Shown piece after piece: positions 62,202 to 64,000 of a stretch of DNA of 64,000 nt. The translations under genes and the position numbers were made by a program. Position 1 is the stretch's first letter; each line of letters opens with the position of its first letter. The DNA comes from Nemertoderma westbladi (lineage: Eukaryota; Animalia; Xenacoelomorpha). A model generated the notes under the pieces. The model was not told the origin of the DNA. It saw only the letters and a program-made list of their open reading frames with translations, and made no database searches. Location of the stretch: positions 248,001 through 312,000 of the forward strand of contig JAUCBJ010006842.1 of assembly GCA_032718475.1 (NCBI GenBank), read 5' to 3'.

Positions 62202-63463
62202 TTCTTGAGATATGGAGTATTAATTTCCAAGCCAGCTGCCATTTTATTAGCCCCTGATTGTTGATTATTGATAGTAACAATGTGTTGGCAAGCTGTATTT
62301 ATCGAGGTGTTTGTTATTATACATTTATTATATATAGGAAGGGATCTAGGGGTCTTGACCTCGAACGATAAGTTTATTTTACCTTTTACCTTTCATTTAC
62401 ACCTCGATAAATACAGCTTGCCAACACATTGTTACTATCAATAATCGAATGGACTCTTGTTATAGCCGAACCAAACACAGCAATATTCACCAGCTCTCTG
62501 AAGAAAGGCCCTAAGGTAACGTTAACTCTAGGCAATTTTTTCCAACTTATTTTTTTTTCAGTCGAAAAGAAATAATAGAGAGATAAAAATTCTAAAGCAA
62601 AATAAATAATTAAGTTATTTCTCAATTTTTACAATAATTTTATTTTTTGATAGTAGTTATGTAAGGCACTCTGGGGCACAAGGAGCTGTCAGGCTAAAAT
62701 AACCAACCATCCTATTGCAGTTTAATTTTGTCATTGATTTAATATCCATATGATGTAAGGCAATCGCTAAAATACCAATTTACCATTACGATGATTATAA
62801 AAAATGTTATCATTGCAAAACAGTACACTTACAGAACATAACTGATTTTACAATACAGTACACTACAGTACAGTACAGTACACTCTACAAAGTAGATGTA
62901 TGTACATTTTAAGTGATTTATCTAATATCCATATAGTACAGTGTCTACATTATATTCACTAATTTTATTAATGACTCTTTTATCATATCAAAATTTGTAC
63001 ACCTTTTCCTGATATTTACCAGACTGACAAAATATGTCAGACTACATTAAAATTTCAACTACTTTTTTACACCGATTTATCACAAATTAAATCATTTTCA
63101 TATAATTTCGCCATGAGAATAATTGGTCAATTTCAATATCAATATTCAATTTCAATATTGCTTAAAAAATGCTTTTCCGAATAGTCCTGAATAGGACTGG
63201 CCTTTTATAAAATCAATTTTCTTTTGTGGTTACTATTCAGGTGCGGCTATTATTCAAATATTCCAGATTAGCTGCTGGTATTATTGGGTGTTGTGATTAT
63301 TCGAAGAACAAGCTCGAAATGCACTAGGCAGCGATGCCACCTGCAGGCGCAGTTTTTTTGTTCGATTCATGAAACAAAGAAATGGGTAGACTGGCAATCA
63401 AACAAGTCTCGAATATCGGGGCTCCATTTGTGATGTGCGGATGGTATGTCAGCCTATTATGCG

Positions 63464-64000
63464 GATTAGCTGAATTGAGTTCCCACAGAAACTAATATTT
63501 ATAATCATAGTTTAATTATAGTAATTAACAAATTTTTTGGTACCACCTCGATATATTTACCAATAACGGAATTTTGTACATAACACTACATACAACATTA
63601 GCTTTTACTTACAGCTACTTAAAGCTATTGGAGTCCGTGGTTTGGAGTCCGTGGTTTGGAGTCCGTGGTTTGGAGTCGGTGGTTTTCCTCACGGTTCTAC
63701 TAGCTAAGAAAATGTCGCTGAAGTGAAAGTCATCCGAAGACCTTTCATTTGAACGACAAAGAGGTGTTCCAAAAAATGAAGAGGGTGGTAGTAAAAAACT
63801 GAGCAATGTAACTGAAAACTTTAATTCAGCAGCAGATTCTATCGAAATCATTCTGAATGATTTCTTTGAAGCATTGGAAGACGTGGAGGAAGGTGGACAC
63901 GTACCGATATCGGATTAACCTTTGAGAAGTTACTCGGGGCACATCTACCATTTCGATATTTTGTTGAAAATTGTTTTTCCGAACATTCATTGAAGAAAAA
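63464..64000 (+). repeat. Right arm of the inverted duplication of ~60565-61422, with a second copy of the unidentified ORF (ATG 63712, early TGA)
   Basis: High identity to the reverse complement of 60565-61032 plus 61358-61422. Tandem GGAGTCCGTGGTTT (14-bp) repeats upstream of the ATG. Confidence 0.9.

Noticed and set aside
62142-62205. Functional tRNA-Gly gene
   Set aside because: No acceptor stem and a broken T-stem; the sequence runs straight into the hammerhead. Only the promoter boxes are intact.

Overview
AT-rich, intergenic, transposon-dense window from a eukaryote, most likely an invertebrate animal (inferred from the element families). The only clear host gene is an intronless orphan class A GPCR (28301-29269). 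A young 13.2-kb Gypsy element (33890-47134; LTRs ~99% identical, tRNA-Pro PBS, AGAA TSD) carries two nested LINEs, one flanked by a perfect 69-bp target duplication. Other retroelements: a full-length RTE (15534-19141), several RTE and CR1/L2 fragments, two CRE-type (RLE) insertions with 14-bp TSDs (one with a 5' inversion, one with an in-frame octapeptide repeat), and Penelope remnants. DNA elements: an Academ remnant, a PIF/Harbinger (52482-56418, CAG TSD), a four-unit head-to-tail array of Helentron-type non-autonomous elements with co-varying termini, plus MITEs and satellites. The most unusual item is at ~62.1 kb (minus strand): a tRNA-derived Pol III promoter fused directly to an intact minimal type I hammerhead ribozyme, enclosed by inverted repeats inside a 413-bp direct-repeat-bounded unit. 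It is a candidate Pol III-driven, Penelope-mobilised 'retrozyme-SINE'. All coordinates and comparisons were read by hand; no database searches were possible.
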